From the NCBI RefSeq assembly GCF_036971445.1, contig NC_091473.1, positions 233,182,001 to 233,246,000 of the forward strand: a stretch of DNA of 64,000 nt, written 5' to 3'. The notes beneath the pieces were generated by a model. It was not told the origin of the DNA. It saw only the letters and a program-made list of their open reading frames with translations, and made no database searches. The position numbers and the translations under genes are program-made. This document shows positions 11,714 to 24,219 of this stretch, in pieces; within the stretch, counting starts at the first letter, position 1, and every line of letters starts with the position of its first letter. Source of the DNA: Narcine bancroftii. Lineage: Eukaryota.

Positions 11714-13204
11714 CTTTGCTCTTGTGCTTCTGGTCTATTGTGACCTCGCTTTCAGAACGTTTTCCTTTTCTCTTTCTTGCACTGCTGGTTTGTTTCTGAG
11801 ATAAATCAGAAGCCAGCAAGTCCTGTTTACTTTCAGCCATGGAGTCATCTTGGATTGGCATCTGATCATCTCTCAATAAACCTTTATTATTACCTACCAA
11901 TGAAGCATGTCTACCTTTTCCAGTTCCAATACTTGTACTCATGTTTAACAACTCACCACCCATACTTAATGCATCAGTGTCATGACCTTTACCAATAATT
12001 CCAGCGAAGACAGAGTCACCATACTCTGCTAAGCCATTTTTTCCTTGATTAGAACCAGTTTCTACATCGTTTTGTGTCTCTTTCCATTCTGATGCATTCA
12101 ATCTGCTTTCGAGATCCAAACCTTTCATGTCAATTATTCCACTGCCGTTCAATCTATCCTTCCCACCGTTTTCAATTCCATCGCAACTGCCCATCCTCTC
12201 TCTTTCCTTTCCATCCAGTTTGCCTTTCCCAACAGTTCCACTACCACCGAATCTGCTCGTATCATTTGCTTTCCTTCCATCCAGTTCACTCATGACATTG
12301 CCCATCCCATCTCTTCCCATTCCATCCAATCTGTCTTTGCCATATTTTCCAATAGCAGCTGACCCATCAAGGCCATATTTTCCCACCTCATCCACTCTGC
12401 CTTTGCCATCTTCACCCATTCCTCCTTCACCCATTCCATGCAAACTTCCCTTCCCATCTTTTCCCATTCCATACAAATTGCCACTTCCATCTTTTCCCAT
12501 TCCATACAAATTGCCACTTCCATCTTTTCCCATGCCAGTTATTCCCATTCTACCAAATTGGCACTTTCCATAGTCTTCTCCATCATGCTGATTTCCCTTT
12601 CCATCTTTTCCAATTTCACCCATACTTCTCTTCCCATCCATATCCATTCCACCCTTAGTATCCATGCCATCATTTCCCATTCTATCCCAGCTGTCCTTGG
12701 CATCTCCTCCCCTTCCACTCTCTCTGCCTCTTTGATCTCTTCTCATTCTCTCCCAACCATCCTTACCATCATTTCCCATTCCAACCAGATAGTCCTTTCC
12801 ATCTTTTCCTATTACATCAACACTATTCATGCTGTTATTTCTCTTGCCATCTAATTTGCTCAAGGAATCTTTATCCATTCTACCTAATCCAACTAAACCG
12901 CCTCTTCCAGTACCACTGCCATCCTTTCCCATTCTGCCATGTTCCCCAATGCCACCCATATTATCTCCATGCAATCCATCTGCTATAGAGTCCTGCCAAC
13001 CTCCTCTGCTAAATGTAGTTCTATCATCCTCTGAGGAGAGATCCCTTCTTCCCTTCAGACCATTTGTAGTCTTATCTTTATCACTTGGTAATCTGTTTGT
13101 GGTGCTTTTTATGCCTCCTTTCAAGTCATCCAAATCTTGTTCCAAAATAGTATCAGAAATGTCCTTTCCACTCCTTGAGTGATGTGAGGTGGTACTCAGT
13201 TTTT
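11714..13204 (-). CDS. IGFN1: IGFN1 giant low-complexity exon (497 aa; G/M/K/D-rich GMGKDG repeats)
   Basis: 1491-nt open frame with tttag acceptor and AAG|gtaaa donor, phase 1-1, between Ig3 and Ig4 where IGFN1 has its disordered region. Confidence 0.88.
12454..12533 (-). repeat. 33-nt coding tandem repeat (2.4 copies; GMGKDGSGNLY)
   Basis: ccatcttttcccattccatacaaattgccactt repeated exactly. Confidence 0.9.
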
Positions 13205-13499
13205 CTAAAAAAGAGTGAGTTAGACTGCATTGTTGCTCATTGTAATAATTCAAATATGATTAAAAGGCTAAAAAATATATTCAGTAAAAATGTCAATAAT
13301 TATTTTCAAAGAATTATAATGAAATGCAAGGAATAAACTTCAACAGTGCATACTTTTAAATGAAGAGACATTTTAAAATGTTTTACACTCTAAACAATTA
13401 AGATTTTTGGTTGTCTTAGCAAACCTTTCTGTCAATCGGACACATTTATCCATCAACTTTTCTCAGGCTTGCCGATATTACAATCTTAGAAATGATGGG

Positions 13500-13942
13500 T
13501 GGTGGGCTGTTGGAGTCTGAGGAGACCATGCAGGCTTCGGTCTGCTAGTGACTTGTAGTCAAAGGATTTACACCAGGCTATGGACTGCTGGGAACTGGCT
13601 CGAGACTGTCTGAAGGGGTATCAGGAATTGAGAACTGAGATGTGATAGGGTGCGATGGGCTCCCGAGGGGCCTCGGGTGCTAAAGGCTTTCAGATCATGT
13701 CGGAGGTTTAGATCTGTTGTTGATGGTGTGGACTGAAGGCTGTGTGGCTGCAAAGACTATGGGAGCTCTGGAGGTGAATCCATGGATACTCAATGAATCT
13801 GAAGGGACTCTTTTGCTTTTCTTTCTCTTATTGTAAGGGATACCAGGCAATTTTTGCTGATGGTGAATCTTTGTCTGCCTTACAGCAAACTAAATGAAAT
13901 TTTGTATAATGTTACATGAGAATAAAAGAATCTTGAATCTTA
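13500..13942 (+). mobile_element. Unclassified non-LTR 3' end with AATAAA and (atcttga) tail; relatives at ~45470-45630 (-) and ~59640-59880 (-)
   Basis: Shared ctgccttac..gc..actaaa..aattt.gt.taat.ttaca sequence across copies. Confidence 0.5.
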
Positions 13943-14809
13943 GTCAACCTTTTTGACAATATTTTCAAATGATAATAATATCATCCTGTCTCTGGTTTTC
14001 TCTGTCTGTGATGATATTGAAGGACACCTGGTAGCTATGTAGTGGTGTATTGATGTGGTGACAATGGTTGAAAGTGGGTGCAGAGTTTGAATCTGATCAC
14101 TGCAACAAGAAAAACAAAGGTTTACAGGGAGCATCAACTTTTCAACTTTCCTTGGATTACTTTGCACGGACAGTTGTTCCCAGCAGGCTGCAGCAAGAAA
14201 GCTACATGATCATCCATTCAGTTAAAAATACCAAATTCTATTGCAAAGATATCATTGGAGCTTGGTCTGTATTTATAAACATGATGTAACTTGTTGAGTG
14301 TATATCTTTAAGTTAAAAATTGTTACAGAAATCAAGAAGAAAAATGTAGATTGGTAAAGACAAACCATGGCATAAACACATTGTTAATCATTAAAATATA
14401 TAATTTACAGCTTAAAGAATATACATAATTATCATTCAGTTAAAGGTTTTGGCTCGAAACAACAACCATTTTCTTCCAACTGATGCTTCTTGACCTGTTG
14501 AGTTCCTTTAGAAGATTGTATTTAGCTTCAGATTCCAACTTCTGCAGTCTCCTGTGTGTTGGGAGTTCTTATGTTTCTTTCAGTTAAAATTAAATTGGTC
14601 TATCTGAAATATGAGATTTGGTCTGGTAAAGTGGTTCTCTTGCAGATCATGTGATAAAATTGTTACATGACTTTGCTACTTTTTAACACTTGCATCTAAT
14701 TCTCATGCTTTTCATACTTAGGTGCAGTGTTTCATAAAAAATCTATTTTAACAAAGTTTCAAATTTTGGAAAACATTTATGGTATACACTTGGAACAGAT
14801 TAGACTTAC

Positions 14810-15079
14810 TTCCAACCACGAGATAGGCAGTTGATGATCCGGCTCCTGCTGTAACAGTATACACTCCTTTGTTTACAGGATGTACATTCTTTACAATGAG
14901 ACGATGCGTTAAACCATCTGGTGAGACCATAATCTCATACTTTTCATTATTTTCCAGAGTCATTTTTTTGTATGTCCATTCTACTGGTAAAGGTACGGAA
15001 ATGGTGCATTCAAAGACAGCATCTTCTGTTTCATTGCATTGACATTCTTGCAATGGCTGTTTGAAATCAACAGGAATAT
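14810..15079 (-). CDS. IGFN1: IGFN1 exon, Ig3 (IPVDFKQPL...DAVFEC...SPDGLTHRLIV...YLVVG)
   Basis: gcag/gtaag borders, 270 nt, phase 1-1. Confidence 0.93.
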
Positions 15080-15185
15080 CTGCAATTTCATTAAAAACAA
15101 CGAGCAGTGCAGTTAAGATTATATAGAAGGCATATCGTCAAATTTTGCAGGCATTAATTCTGTAACAGGCAGAAATGCCACTTAC

Positions 15186-15354
15186 GACTGATATCAACCT
15201 CTGTTGCAAAAATAGCAGCATCTTCAACATTTATCTTATACAGCCCTATATCTTCAGGCTGCAGATCTTTGATGCAGAAGTTATACCTTTTGCCAACCTG
15301 TTTAAGATGATGCTTTCCATCCTCACTCATTGAATATGGGATCAGATTTTCGTC
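15186..15354 (-). CDS. IGFN1: IGFN1 exon, Ig2 second half (DENLIPY...KDLQPEDIGLY...)
   Basis: aaag/gtaag borders; Ig motif. Confidence 0.92.
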
Positions 15355-16549
15355 CTTTAACAGACCACAAACAGAGCAGAAATCAAACAGAGAGATGACA
15401 TTTTTAGTATTCACACTTTTAGCTGCAAATTAACTTTAATGGTTTCCATTTGAAACAAATTGTTTCCTTGAATGTGAATCTGTAAAGATCTAGATGTTAG
15501 GTATTTGATCTGGAAGAACCCCACCTTTTATATTCATAAATATGTGAGAGAACATATTTTAAACTACTCATGGCATCGAGAAGTAAGGAAGAGAACCATA
15601 ATGGATTAAATGGTTGTGACACTATTATTTCAAAGGGAGAAGATATTGAAATACCGTCACTAAATTAATGAAGAAGGAAAGGCATAACATTGTCGGGTAA
15701 TATCTGAACCATTTATTTCTAGATGGAAACCATTTGGTGCTGGGGTAAACTGGAACTGAATGTTGAATAAACTGGAAAAGGAACAGAAAAGATTCATGAG
15801 AAGGATCTGGGACTGGGAAGCTTGAATCACAATGAAACCCCAGGTATCCAGAATCAAACAACTGGCAGCCTCAAGCAACCAGCAAAAAAAAAAAAAAATC
15901 GAGGCAAGTAATTTTTTTTAAAAAGAAATTAAAATAAATGATAGGTAAAAAATACTTGAGTTTAAAATTGTAAAAGTCAATATTCTCTGAAGTAACACAT
16001 AAACCTTTGGTGAAGATGGGAGAATTTTTTTTTCAGCCAGTCGACTTCCTTGGTCGTGCTTTGCTTGTAGCAGCTGTTTGAATAAAGTTGTGTGAAACAG
16101 TAGTGATGTCACCCAGGATGAAGAGCTGGGCGACTCCCTATCCCTGCTTAGTGAGAGGCCTTATCTGTAAATTTGGAGGGAGGGCAGGTTAATTATCTAT
16201 AACATTATTGTTTGTCTTTTGGGTGGCTCCGTGGAGGAGGTGGAACCTGCAGATGCAGGGACGAGCAGTTAAATGTTTTCAAAGAATGTGACTGAATGTA
16301 AGCAAAATGCTTTAAGGTTTATATATTCATGCCAAGTGAAGATTGTTCAGTTCAAGTAGAGTGCAATATTTTTGTCTTTTATCCTTTAATCTGTTTATTC
16401 TTAATGCAGGTTTATGAGTTAGGCATTGTAAGGGTGAATCTCAAGCAACTGTAAAATGGACTTATCTGACATCTACCAGTCCCCATAGGGGCTGAATACC
16501 AGGGGTTTTACTATGTAAGGAAAGATGGAAAAAGATGGAACTTTTTTTT

Positions 16550-17250
16550 TGCTGGAACATAGGAGGTTAAGGGAGGAATTTATAGACGTTTAGAAAATCA
16601 TGAGAGCATAGATCAGGCAAATGGTCGTAACCTTTTTCCAAGGATAGGGGAACTTAGAACTAGATGGCATTGATTTAAGATGAGAGGGTAAAAAGTTCAT
16701 TCAGACCTGTGAAGCACATTTTTTCACATAGACTGTGAGGGTATATGGAATGAGATTCAAGAAGAAGCGGTAGAAGCAGGGATTATTGAAATGTCAAAAG
16801 ACATTTCGTCAGGTACATTAATAGGAAAGGTGTTGAGGGATATGGGCTGAATCCAGACAAATGGGACTAGCTGGGTCAGGTTGAACATGTTGAACCGAAG
16901 GATCTGTTTTTGCCCATAATTGGTAGTATATATTTTACTGTTAAAATGCCATTTTGAGAGGTATGGATGAGATGGATTGTCTCAGTCTTTTTCCCCCAGA
17001 AGGCTAAAACTAAAGTGCAAAGGTTTAAATTGAGAGAAGAATGATTTAAAGGAAACCTGAGAGGCAAGATTTTCACACAGAGGGTGATGTGTATGTGGAA
17101 CAAGCTGCCACATTTAGAGGGTATGATTACCACATTTAAAAGACATTTGGATAGATATATGTGCAGAAAAAAAAATTTAGAGGCATACAGGTCAAATGCA
17201 GGAAAATTTGACAAGGTCAAAATTAGTTTGGCAAGGATAAGTTGGGCTAT
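16550..17250 (+). mobile_element. Two decayed CR1 (HER1-like) LINE 3' ends
   Basis: Typical CR1 3' ORF2 sequence (..FTQRV...WNKLP...TFKRHLD.YM). Confidence 0.7.
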
Positions 17251-17273
17251 GACTTCCAGAAAAAAAATGTCAC

Positions 17274-17387
17274 CTTGTATAGAAAAATTTGCAGATTTGG
17301 TTTCTTGAGTTCCATATCGAATCCAAAGTTAGCTGAACCATCTATCTTTGCTTGAATGGGTCTTAAATTGCCAAGAAATTTCACATA
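17274..17387 (-). CDS. IGFN1: IGFN1 exon, Ig2 first half (YVKFLGNLRPIQAKIDGSANFGFDMELKKPNLQIFLYK)
   Basis: ctag/gtgac borders, 114 nt, phase 0-0. Confidence 0.88.
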
Positions 17388-17465
17388 CTAGAAGGAGGAC
17401 ATAAGAAAAAGAAAAATTAATTAGAAGTTGCATTGATCACTTTTAACAGGTCAGCATTTGGATTC

Positions 17466-19365
17466 TACTCAATCAACAGTAATGTGGTTTAAAAGTCATT
17501 ATTAAAAATCAGCTGATCATGGATTATCTGGGTTCTAGAGGTCACAACAGCTTGTTCCAAGAATGAAGAAAAAGAAATACCTCATTAACTCAGTTGATAT
17601 TAAAGTGCCCTTACAAAATTGAAAACATTGGTCCATAAGAGGAAACCTCCCCACTAACTTGAATCAGATCTTGCACCAAGGAAGATGGCTGTGCATATTG
17701 CAGCCCAGTCAGTCTGCCCGCATGGAATTCTCAGAGAAATGTGCAGAGTTTAACTGTTATAAGCTGCTTTTTCAATGACCGTCATTGCATCTGAGAGAGA
17801 GGAAAAAAAAGGAATGCTTTTGGTTCTTGATCCTCCAAAATATTCTGCATGGAATTTAAACTGGAGGTGGGGGAGGTTGCTTGGAATATCTTAGATAACG
17901 AAATAATTTCATTAATGGATTTTATGAAGGCTATAGCATAAACTAAATTTCCCTATTAGAGAAAATTGAACATGTGCTTTTTCTTTAATTTAATGCTGTT
18001 TATCTATTTCAGAACAAGTTAAAAATTAACTCTTGTGCAGACAGGTTAGAGAAATTTATGATGATGACATTATATACTGCTCTGGTCAGATCCCAATTTA
18101 AGCACTCCATTCTGATTGGTAAGAATCAAAGGCCATACTTCACCCTTTGCAGTTTTGAGGTCAAATGTCATGCAACTGAAATAGAGATTGAAAAATGAGA
18201 AAGATAACCAGAGGAAGAAACCTGGACTCGGCAGGTTTATCAGTTTTTTTTGTTGCAGAGAAATGGATGTGACAAGAAAGATGTGCATTTAATTCCCCAT
18301 ACCCTCAGATCCTCAGGAAAGGAATAACGAATCTTCTTGTTGATTAGCTACAATTCTTATAGCTAAGGTGTTGCCGTTGATTGAAATTCATGGGTTATGA
18401 GCAATAAATAAGAAGGGATGGCAAAATACTTTAGAAAAGTGTGACTAATGCAAGTTGGTGGGTAGGTTGATCATACCATGGTCTTCATGCTTCTGATTGG
18501 TAAGGGATTTGTCGATGGTATTTTGATGTAGCACCACAATACCCTGATGTAGCACCACAATACCCTGAACGTAGTGAGAATAAGTATTCAGCTTGCTGGA
18601 TGATACCAAATAAATGGGCTGCTTTGTCCAGTATGGAGTGAAACATCTTAATGCTTATCCAGACAAACAGTGAGTAATCCATTGGATTAATGAAATGTGT
18701 TGTGGATGGAAGAAAGGCTTTAAAGAATTGGGGTGATAATCTCTGAGATATTGTTAGTCACAGTATTTGACACTTAAATTAACTTTCTGGTTAATGATAA
18801 TCTGCCAGGTGTCAATAATCCTGCTTAACGGTTAGGGATAATTGGCTGGTACTTGTGTGGTGAAACTGTTACTTGCCTCAGATGAAGCTAAATATCATCC
18901 ACATTTTGAGCATGCAGCCATAAATTATTTCGTTATCTAAGATATTCCAAGCAACCTCCCCCACCTCCAGTTTAAATTCCATGCAGAATATTTTGGAGGA
19001 TCAAGAACCAAAAGCATTCCTTTTTTTTCCTCTCTCTCAGATGCAATGAAGGTCATTGAAAAAGCAGCTTATAACAGTTAAACTCTGCACATTTCTCTGA
19101 GAATTCCATGCGGGCAGACTGACTGGGCTGCAATATGCACAGCCATCTTCCTTGGTGCAAGATCTGATTCAAGTTAGTGGGGAGGTTTCCTCTTATGGAC
19201 CAATGTTTTCAATTTTGTAAGGGCACTTTAATATCAACTGGGTTAATGAGGTATTTCTTTTTCTTCATTCTTGGAACAAGCTGTTGTGACCTCTAGAACC
19301 CAGATAATCCATGATCAGCTGATTTTTAATAATGACTTTTAAACCACATTACTGTTGATTGAGTA
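17466..19365. repeat. Long inverted repeat: 444-bp arms at 17466-17909 and 18922-19365, 1012-bp spacer
   Basis: Arms are reverse complements with two mismatches seen (left-arm positions 17590 and 17781). Confidence 0.95.
18524..18568 (+). repeat. 21-bp tandem duplication (tgatgtagcaccacaataccc x2)
   Basis: Direct reading. Confidence 0.9.
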
Positions 19366-19809
19366 TAGGCTATTCCAGTAATTGGCTGGGTTAGATTTGA
19401 TCCACTTTTTGTGAATAAGGTACAGCTGGATCATTTTTGTTTCTGGAAAGGACTACAACTAGAAAGAGTGAGATTTGCAGCAATTTTTAAGGTCAAGCTG
19501 ACAGCATCACATCTGGTAGGTCATCTATTTCTTGTGGCTTTGGCCATATTTGCATGCTTGTGGAAAAATTGGGCAACACACATGACTATTTTAAAGGAGA
19601 AAATCAAAACAGAAGTTTGCAAGATGAGGATGTTGATCCTTGAACCATAATGTAGAGGCTTAAGGATTGGAGAAAGATATTGGAGGTACTTGAGGGGATT
19701 TTATTTTTCTCTCAGTTGGTAGTCTGTATCTGGAATGAACTACCAGTGGAAACTGTAGATGTGGGCATGATAACAATATTTGGAGATGATTGGACAGATT
19801 TATGGATAA

Positions 19810-20830
19810 GAATAGAAATAGGCTATTCAGCCCATCAAGTCTGCCCTGCTATTTAATCATGAACTGATCCATTTTCCCACTCTGCCTCACTGCCTGACCT
19901 TCTCTGCATAATCTTTGATCCCCTGGCTAATCAAGAAACTATCAATCTCTGTTTTAAGTACACCCACTGACCTGGCCTCCAAAGCCACCTTTGGCAACAA
20001 ATCCTTTGGCTGAAGAAATTTCTGCAAATCTCTAAGCAGACATTCTTAAATCCTGAAGTTATACCCTCCTGTTCTAGACCAGTGGTTTTCAACCTTTTTC
20101 TTTCCACTCACATATCACTTTAAGTAATCTCTATGCTGTCAGTGTTCTGTGGTATGTGAGTGGGAAGGGAAGGATGAGAACCACTGCTTTAGATCCAATT
20201 GTTACTTGAAATATTTTGTTTAAGAAAAATTGTCATTAGCCCATTTCCTTTAGAGTTATGAAACCGTGCACTTAGAGAGCCAATCAGGTACAATTAAATC
20301 ATTGGTTTTCAAACTTTTTCTTTTCACCCACATACAGTCTTAAGCAATCCTTTACTAATCACAGAGCATCTACGACATAGGGAATACTGAGTGGAAAGAA
20401 AAAGGTTGAGAACCATTGTTCTAGACTCTCCCACCATGCGAAACACCTTTCTACATATACTCTGGCCATGCCTTTCAACATTCCAAAAGTTTTGATGAGT
20501 TTCTCTCTTTCGTTCCCCCCCCCCCCCTCCTAAATTCTATTGGTTACAGGCCAGGAGCTGTTTAATGCTCATAGTTTGATAAACCTTTCATTCCTGGAAT
20601 CATACGAGTGAACCTCCTTTGAACCCTCTCCAACTCAGCACATCTGTTCTTAAATGAGGAGCCCAAAACTCCTCACCTCCAAGTGAGGTATCACCAGTGC
20701 CTTTGTAAAGCCTCAACATCACATTCTATTCCTCTTGAAATGAGAATGACAGCATTGCATTTGCCTTCTTTACCACTGTTTTGACATGCAAGTGTACTTT
20801 TCAGGCTATCCTGCACGAGAGCTCCCAGGA
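19810..20830 (-). mobile_element. CR1-like LINE 3' fragment interrupted by a hAT MITE
   Basis: Reverse complement resembles the CR1 at 44700-45375. Confidence 0.7.
20080..20418. mobile_element. hAT-type (Charlie-like) MITE with 8-bp TSD TTCTAGAC
   Basis: TIRs CAGTGGTTTTCAACCTTTTTC / GAAAAAGGTTGAGAACCATTG; exact TSD at 20072-20079 and 20419-20426. Confidence 0.9.
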
Positions 20831-21824
20831 GAAGAGGGATACTGACCAAGCGTAACCAAACAGGATTAGTTTAGGATACTGTATGTTTTTTGTTGGCATG
20901 GACTAGTTGGGCTGAATTACTGTGTTGTATGACTACAGTCAAATCTTCAAATACAATGTTTGAGGTGTGTGTTAAATTGTTTTGACAGTAATATGAGTAT
21001 AGACAGATTCTATTATGGTTGATTGATGACAACCAGTGGCCTCTCTATCCATAACCTTTGTGATAATGCTTTAATGATATGACTTTGGCCACTGTCTCTC
21101 AATAAGCAAATTGAGGTGGCTGATATTCACATGAAAGATGTACTTTCCCAATAACTCGTGGAAGTTCCTAGGGAAGCAGAAGATACAATACACATTTTCT
21201 TAGTGCATTTTTCTGCTCAGCAGGAGTCGGGGTTTGAAAATCTTTCATGGAATTCTCTTTTGTTTATTTCAACAAATGAAAAACAATGGACGACAAATAC
21301 AGAATCGTTGTATCCATTAAAAAGGTGTAAACTCTAATAGGAGTATGAAAGTCAATACCCTACCACTTGTGGTTTAAATGGAGTATAGAAATGAAATGTG
21401 AGCCGATGTTCTCAGTTTACATAATGATTGGCACCCTGCTGCCCCCCCCGCCCCCCCCCCCCCCCCCCCCAGTTTGACAGCAGTAGATTAGAGGTAAAGT
21501 AGGGATTGCAAGTTAATTTGGCCAAGAAAAGCTGGCTAAAATATTGGTACTAAATTTTTCATTGTGCAATGATGTAGAACTTTGTGCCACAAAATTTGGT
21601 TCTGTATTGCGTAAACCTGAGGGATTAAAAATTGTCCATCTTTGGAGTAGGAAAAGTCATGTTGAAAAGGGCCTTTGTGTCTCTGCAGATAATACTGGCA
21701 ATATGTAAATAAGCATCACCATGTGATTTGTTTTTTGTGTTGTCTCAAATGTTTGTGAAGATGTCCATTCAGTAATAAGGAGGACCATCTTGAGCAAACT
21801 TTTGTCTCATGAGACAGTAACAGA

Positions 21825-22205
21825 GTATAGAAGGATGAGAGGAGACAATAGAGGTCTACAAGATTATGATAGGGTGGACAGCAAGCACCTTTTTCCCAGG
21901 GCAGGAATAGCAACCACCAGAGGACATATGTACAAAATGAAGGGTTGGAAGTTTAGGGGAGACATCAGGGGTAAGTTTTTTTTTAAAAAACACAATGAGT
22001 TGTGGATACCTGGAATGACTTGCCAGGGATGGTGGTGTATTCTGAAACATTAGGGGCATTTAAGAGACTCTTAAACAGTCACATGGATGGAAGAAAATTA
22101 GATGGTTACAGAGTAGGGAGGGTTAAGTAAATTTTTAAGGAATGTATGAGTTGGCCCAACATCGAGGGCTGAAGGGCTTGTAATGTGCTGTAGTGTTCTA
22201 TGTTC
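21825..22205 (+). mobile_element. CR1-like LINE 3' end
   Basis: RMRGD...TRGH..K..G.KFRGDIRGKFF peptide remnant. Confidence 0.75.
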
Positions 22206-22571
22206 CAAATGCCTATTGGCTGATGCAATGATTCCTGATGCCTTTTAAAGGTGAAAGAAATTGGGTGTTAAATGTTGTAGGTTTCTGAACAATTATTGCC
22301 ATACCCAGATTGTACAGATTTTCACTTTGCAGTGGAAGCAAAGGGCCATGAATTAAACATGATCTGCATGACCAGTTTTGGGGAATATCATATTTAAATT
22401 CATTATCCATCCTAACTTGATCAATTCTTGCAATTTCGTAATTACAGGACATTAACTCATCATGAAATTTACGATGAGGTGACTGACATACTTTGCTTAG
22501 TTTCAGATCTTTTCCTGACATTTAAACCATGATTATAGACTCAGTTACCATCTCTTTCAAAGATGCATTAC

Positions 22572-22746
22572 CGCTGCTTGCTTCTCTTCCCTTTCAATTT
22601 TCATCTGCTTCAGCTTCGTCAACACGCCTCGAAAGTCAGAGATGCCATATTCCATACAAATCCTTTCATAGTCTTTCTTATCTGCATTCATGAGAATTTC
22701 CCAGACATTTTCGTCCACAATGTTTTTTTTCTTTATGGGTCCAGCA
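22572..22746 (-). CDS. IGFN1: IGFN1 exon, MyBP-C-like tri-helix bundle (VWEILMNADKKDYERICMEYGISDFRGVLTKLK)
   Basis: Conserved tri-helix motif; gcag/gtaat borders. Confidence 0.95.
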
Positions 22747-24219
22747 CTGCAAAACATCGTTGGAAGATGGAGCTATTTCACATTTTAATTACACATCTCA
22801 CTCTGGGAGACCATAAAATGGACAAATTTAATGCAGTGAAATCAAAAGACCCATAACTATTTGATTTCTTTGCCAATGCTTCTACAAGTCAAGTCACCTT
22901 CATTTATCATCCATACCATGCTTGCACAGTAAAGACGAGATGGCGTTTCTCCACGACCACAGAGCATATTTACACAAATAAAGGTTAGAAGTTCAACACA
23001 TTTAAAATAATAAGACTTGTACATTAACAATCCATGGTACCCAATCCCCAAATGCTCTGGGAGTTCAGGAGTCTGATGGCTTGGGCGGATAAAGCTCTTG
23101 CCTAATATGGATGTAAGGGCCCAATGGCAGAACGGAGAACAGTTAATTTGAGTGGTGTGTGGAGTCCTTCACAATGTTTATTGCCTTTCACCTGCATCAA
23201 ATGTTATAAATGTCCTTGCTTTGGGTATGGATAAATCTCCATATTTGATCATTAAACATGGATGGTTTCTTCGCTATTGTGCGATGGTACAACGCTGCTC
23301 AGCTGAAAACTAACTTGAGACACTACACAGGTTAAAGCAACCTAACCGTCCCCAAACACCCGTCCCTCAGTATCTCCATTCCCTCTTATTGTTGTAGCAT
23401 CCATTCATTGGGCAACAGCATTTTGTGTGGCCTGGTAGCATGCTGTGCAATGATTGTGGTGAGACTGTAATAGTGGGGAACTGAGAGATCTTGCAATAGA
23501 TCATGAGAAAAATGCATGCTGAATTTGCCACAATGCTCTTCTACATGAGTAACAGTGGAAGTGAAGGCAGGTATGACCAAACAGACTATGAAGGCTACTC
23601 GTGTGGGTACCAGACCCAGGATAGATATTGAAGTCAATGGGGCTGCTTGTAATGAGATTATGTCCATACAGAGTGACTGTTTGCCAGATTTCCATCCATC
23701 CATGAAGCACTGAAGAACTCCTGAAATAGAAGTAGCTGCCATGAATGAATCTGATTTGCTGCTCTACTAAAATTCTAGAAAACCCCGTTTGTCTATTATG
23801 TGATTTTATTTAAAAAAAACTAGAAGGACACCAGGGTGTGGAGTTATTTTTGCAATGTGTGGAGAGCACACAAAACTACTTTCAGTGCACCCCAGAACAA
23901 GTGACAATAAAATAAACACTGATATTGAAACTCTCCACAGAAACCCAGCAATACTATTTTGGGAAATTTGCATTGCAAAAAATCTGATGGGCACACATCT
24001 GACTTTCAGCAGGTTCCCAATATCTGAACTGCCGTGAATGGGTGTTAAAGTCCAGAAGCAGCTTGTTTGCTTTTCTGCTAAAATGTTGGCTGACTTGTTG
24101 ACCAGCAGGATAAATTACAATCTCTATAGAACATTTATTACTTTTCTAGTACAGGTTGCAGACTTTCAACGTCTTTTTTTCTGATCTGTGCAAATTCTAA
24201 TTGGTGGTCCAGGATCTTC

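Noticed and set aside
11777-13182. Plus-strand Pro/Ser/Ile-rich ORFs and the alternative-frame MEWE ORF
   Set aside because: Antisense or off-frame shadows of the repetitive IGFN1 giant exon
476-22746. Alternative identity as MYBPC or titin
   Set aside because: The N-terminal KKS.VPGV/EGCS.P motif, the giant low-complexity exon and the domain order fit IGFN1 better
23386-23742. 118-aa minus-strand ORF faintly resembling a Harbinger transposase
   Set aside because: Similarity too weak to support without an HMM search
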